Shown: in pieces, positions 20,336 through 24,219 of the stretch
Layout of the letters: each line of letters starts with the position of its first letter
Numbering within the stretch: position 1 is the stretch's first letter
NCBI RefSeq assembly: GCF_000372725.1
Contig: NW_005201165.1
Coordinates: 312,853 to 337,071, forward strand
DNA length: 24,219 nucleotides
Origin: Emiliania huxleyi CCMP1516
Lineage: Eukaryota
Direction of reading: 5' to 3'
The notes under the pieces: model-generated
Database searches by the model: none
What the model was told of the DNA's origin: nothing
Seen by the model: the letters and a program-made list of their open reading frames with translations, nothing else
Made by a program: the position numbers and the translations under genes

Positions 20336-20989
20336 ATGGAGCACGCGCGCGCCCGCTCACGCTGCCCAGCATGCCTGCAGCATCCAAACGAGGCGCACGG
20401 CGTCGCTCAGCCGTGTCCACGCGGCTTCGCTCCTGTCCTAACCGGCGCCATCTGGGCGGCTGCTGCGGAGCTGCTGCCGGCGGTGCGACAACTGGCCGAC
20501 AGATACGACGCTCAGGGCACCCGTCGGCGATCCACCGGGAAAGGAACGAAGGCGCCGCTGTCGGCGATTCACCGCCGCTCGTTCCCGTCTCTTAAAGCTG
20601 GCTGCACCGTCGATGCGCACATCGAGGCGCTCGTGGACGAGGGAGACGTCGCCTCCTCTTTCGTACCGGGGCACTGTTCGCGCCGGAAGGCACCGCGCAC
20701 TGCCAAGTACATTAGCCTTCATCTCTCCTACCGCCGGCCGGGAGTGCAGCCTTCGCCATCGCTGGGTGAGATGGTCCTCGACTTTGGCACCTGCGAAGTA
20801 ATGAACAACATGCAGTACATCATATGGCGCTATGACAGCCCTGCGATGGGCGACCTCGACGCAGACGAGGCGGAGCTCATCTGCGCGGCGCAGATCGCCG
20901 ACTTTCTCTCTCTCCCTGCGCGAGTGGTTGCGCCACCTTGGATGAGGCATATGGGCTGGGCAGGGGAGGTGGTAGAGGAGGTCGACTGA
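20336..20989 (+). CDS. Second transposon-internal ORF, unknown function (alternative start 20285)
   Basis: 217-234 aa uninterrupted ORF with protein-like composition, N-terminal CPAC..H....H.....C cluster and acidic C-terminus. Confidence 0.5.
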   Translation: MEHARARSRCPACLQHPNEAHGVAQPCPRGFAPVLTGAIWAAAAELLPAVRQLADRYDAQGTRRRSTGKGTKAPLSAIHRRSFPSLKAGCTVDAHIEALVDEGDVASSFVPGHCSRRKAPRTAKYISLHLSYRRPGVQPSPSLGEMVLDFGTCEVMNNMQYIIWRYDSPAMGDLDADEAELICAAQIADFLSLPARVVAPPWMRHMGWAGEVVEEVD

Positions 20990-21189
20990 GGGCGCGAGGC
21001 CGCCAATCGTCACAGTCTGCTGCTGACTGTCGGTCACTGACTGGTTGCGCATTGCGCTGGCCGCGCAGCGGCCTTTAGAAAATTTTGGCCGCAGGCCTAG
21101 GTTTTGAAAGATCAAGAGAATAAGCGCGGGTGAGGCTTTGAGAAGCTGCCGTTTGCGGCTTCCTAAGTCAATTTTTCGAGAGGAACGTT

Positions 21190-21286
21190 TTGGCTGAGCT
21201 AGAACTTCTCCAAAGTCGCGCGATCATCGAGTTTTGAGTCAATAATTATGAAAGGGAAGGGAGAGGGAGAGTTCTAGCTCAGCCAA
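21190..21286. repeat. Subterminal 17-bp perfect inverted repeat
   Basis: ttggctgagctagaact (21190-21206) / agttctagctcagccaa (21270-21286). Confidence 0.92.
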
Positions 21287-21379
21287 TCGATTCAGCGTGC
21301 TCTGAAACGCCCAAAACCGTCGAGTTTTTCGCCGTGGTCCAAACAGAGAGCTTAATATTTTGATTTTCTTGGCCACGGC

Positions 21380-21401
21380 CACGATTACCCGTCACTCGCT
21401 C
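21380..21401 (-). repeat. Right terminal inverted repeat
   Basis: cacgattacccgtcactcgctc, followed by TSD aaga. Confidence 0.85.
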
Positions 21402-22352
21402 AAGAGGGATCGCGAATGTTGGAGACGGAGCTCGGAGGGTGTGGACGCGTCCAGTACACATGCATATCAAGTGAAAGAGCGAGTCAAAAGACCTCCCATT
21501 GCAAGAAGCCAGTGAGCGTGTGAGAGAGACAGACCCAGGAAGGTTTTACAGCGTTACACGGCCCCTGCCCGAGGCCGAGCTCAGGCTCGACAGAGTCGTC
21601 TCGGTCCTCGGTGAACATTGTGCATGCTCCATGCACTCCGCCCTCATCTTCACTCACTTGTTCGATGTCCCGGTCGGCGTGTTCACGGAAAAACGAAAAA
21701 GCACAACCCCGGGCCCGAAATCGCACAGTGACAGTCACGCAACGCGCAGGAGCAAACACCTTCCTTCTCGCGCGCGCAAACGCCGACTCGCTCGGAGGCC
21801 GCACTGGCTGTTCACGTAAATAAAAGCACAACCGGACAAACAAACGTGTGAGTGTTAGAGTTGTTTGGTATTGGACCTTACACGCCTGTAACCTCTCTTT
21901 AAGGTATTGCTAAAAATCTCTCTCTCTCTCAACCGGACCCAAGACGCACAAGCACAGACAGTCGAGAAGGGTCAGACAGCAGCGACAGTCAGAATTGATT
22001 GATTGATAGTCAGAAGTCAGCGGCTGTTCACACAGAAACACAACCACGGTCGAGAGACCCCAGATTGGCATCCATGCCTCTCTGGACAGGGTGGCCCGCC
22101 ACAACGACCCCTGGAATTGCGACTCGCCGCTTTCCTCCCGCTGTGATCCTGTGTGAGCTCTGTGTCTTGATTTGCCAACAACATACCTAAAACCCAAAAA
22201 CGGACCCAGAGCACAAGCTCAGAGAAGTCAGCGGCTGTTCACACCCTGCTTTCGCTAGTCTGGCTCGGCCCTTTCGGCTCGCCCTGTGCTCGGTCCGCAG
22301 ACGGTCCGCAGTCAGACGACAGCGCTCGCTCGACGTCCAACCGTCTGAGAAT

Positions 22353-24219
22353 ATGACGCCCCGCTCGCTCTTTGCGCTGCTCGCGCTCTCGTCCACCGAT
22401 GCCTGCACCATGTACGGCGTCAGCCGCACCGCGAGCGCCGATGGATCCACCATGGTCTCGCACAGCGACGACGGCGCCGGAGACTCAGATTCTCGGCTCT
22501 CGTATGTACCTCCCGCGCGGCACAAGCCTGGCTCGATGCGAGACATCTACCCTACCATCGACGAGTACCCAAAATTCATCGGAGACGCCTTTGGCAAGAC
22601 CTTTCTGCCGCTTCCAGGGCAGGCGCTCACAAAGCCGATCGGACAAATCCCACAGGTTGAGGCGACGCACGGCTACTACCTCAACGGCTACGCCATCCAG
22701 AACGACTGCGAGCTGAGCTTCGGCGAGAGCACCGCCTCGGCGGTCTTCCGTGCCGATGCGGTCGGGACGCCAAACGGCACCGCCCTCCTCGCCATTGAGG
22801 CGAGCTGAGCCGCTCGCCGCCACGACCGTCCTGCTACTTCCCTTCTGAGCGTCGGCATTCGGCTGTAGGAGCTGAGCCACCTCGCCGCGGAGCGCGTCTG
22901 CACGGCGAGGGAGGCGGTCCAGCTGATGGGCGACCTCGCCGTCCAGTACGGCTTCTTCGGGCCGGATGGCGGCGCGGGCGAGATGCTGGTCGTCGGAGAC
23001 CCGGACGAGGTCTTCGTCTTCCACATCCTCTCTGACCCGACGGCGAGGAGCGCCATCTGGGCGGCGCAGCGGGTGCCCGAGGGGGAGGTGATGGTGGCGG
23101 CCAACCACTTTGTCATCCGCGAAGTGGACCTCGACGACGCGGACCGCTTCCTCGGCTCGCCGCACATGCACCGCGTCGCGCTGCAGCACGGCCTGTGGGA
23201 CGGGAGAGGGAAGCTCGACTTCACCGCCGCCTTCTCGCTCGGCGAGTACGGAAACAAGTGCGGCTCGCCCCCGCCGCAGGCCCGAGGCGCCACTCCGTCG
23301 CACACGCACCTAGCCGCCTCCGCCCGCCAGGTACTACTCCGGCCGTCGGATGTGGGACGGCTTCCGCCGCTTCGCGCCGTCGGTGGCGCTCCCACCCGCG
23401 TACAACAGCACCGACCCGTGGAGCGGGCTCAAGGAGAGTAGGCCGTACCCCTTCTCCGTCCCGCCGGACGCGCCGCTCGCCCTGACCGACCTGCTCGCCG
23501 CCCACCGCTCCCACTACGAGGGGACGAGCTTCGACATGACGCGCGGCGTCGCCGCGGGCCCCTTCGGCTCGCCCGATCGCTACGCCGTCCCGGGCACGCC
23601 AGGCGACACGAAGAGGGGCGCGTGGGAGCGCTCCGTCGCAATCTACCGCGCCGCCTTCGCCTGGATCGCGCAGGCGGGCGGGAGCGCGGACAGGGACCGC
23701 AAGCAGGACTCCGCCGTAGTGGACAGGGACTCCGCCGCGGCGTCGGGTGCGGTCGCCCTCCAGAAACTCCTTCCGGACCCTCCTCCCGAGGAGACCGGCG
23801 CGCTGCGACGGGGCGACCGCGGGGACGGGTGCGGCTGCCGCAGCAAGATCTGGTTCGGGCCTGCCGACCCCGCCACCACAGTCTTTGTGCCTCTGAGTGT
23901 CTGCGCGGGCCCTCCGCCCGAGCAGTACACGCGCGGAGGGCCGGGCAAGGTGGACCGCGAGTCGGCGTACTGGGCGCACCGGTACACGCAGAACCTGGCG
24001 CAGGTCCGCTACTCGGCGATGATCGTCGACATCCGCGCCCACTCGCTGGAGTGGGAGGAGCAGGGCGCGGCGCTGGCCCTCCAGATCGGCGCTCTCCAGT
24101 GCGGCGGCGGCGCCCCAGGCCAAGGCCAGGCAGCCTCCCCTCCGCCCGACGCGCTGCAGCGCCTCCGCGGCGACTCGGCCCCGAGCCTCCGCCGGCAGAT
24201 TGAGCGGCACGCGGCGGCG
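22353..24219 (+). CDS. Peptidase family C69 (dipeptidase/secernin-like Ntn hydrolase), secreted; exons 22353-22799, 22869-23257, 23331-beyond window end
   Basis: Signal peptide followed by nucleophile CTMYGVSRTASADGSTMVSHSDD; FGEST; ELSHLAAERVCTAREAVQLMGDLAVQYG; AIWAAQRVP...AANHFVIR; YSGRRMW; HRSHYEGT.FDMTRG.AAGPFGSPDRY; WERSVAIYR. Introns 22800-22868 (GC-AG) and 23258-23330 (GT-AG). Confidence 0.92.

Larger units (their letters stand above)
13960..21401 (+). mobile_element. Full-length Sola2-like DNA transposon (7442 bp)
   Basis: Left end gagcgagtgacggataaagtcgtg; right end reverse complement gagcgagtgacgggtaatcgtg (first 13 bp identical). TSD AAGA at 13956-13959 and 21402-21405. GRG/CYC termini with a 4-bp TSD are Sola2 hallmarks, and a matching transposase lies inside. 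Confidence 0.88.

Noticed and set aside
21477..21793. Non-autonomous Sola2 MITE (gagcgagtc ... gactcgctc)
   Set aside because: Only 9 bp of inverted match, and the flanks (gaaa / ggag) do not form a TSD, although the similarity to the TIR is noted

Overview
GC-rich eukaryotic genomic DNA. GC-AG introns and short intronic tandem repeats suggest a haptophyte such as Emiliania/Gephyrocapsa huxleyi (inference). Host genes: BTB/POZ protein (-), two-MRH-domain OS9/ERLEC1-like lectin (+), SAM-like/TM protein (-), HemK/PrmC methyltransferase (+), DUF3429-like membrane protein (+), multi-exon GT77-like glycosyltransferase (-), sigma-like GST (+) and a C69 peptidase (+, runs off the end). The main feature is an apparently intact 7.44-kb DNA transposon (13960-21401) with GAG...CTC termini, short imperfect TIRs and a perfect 4-bp TSD (AAGA). 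It encodes a spliced Sola2-type DDD transposase of about 1750-1950 aa, fused at its C-terminus to a chromodomain, an Ala/Glu helical linker and an OTU-like cysteine protease, plus a second unknown ORF. The left part of the window holds several non-LTR retroelement 3' ends next to a shared short repeat, an intron bounded by a 15-bp direct repeat, and a duplicated segment with a 5-bp hairpin-loop micro-inversion. All domain calls come from motif recognition by eye; no searches were run.
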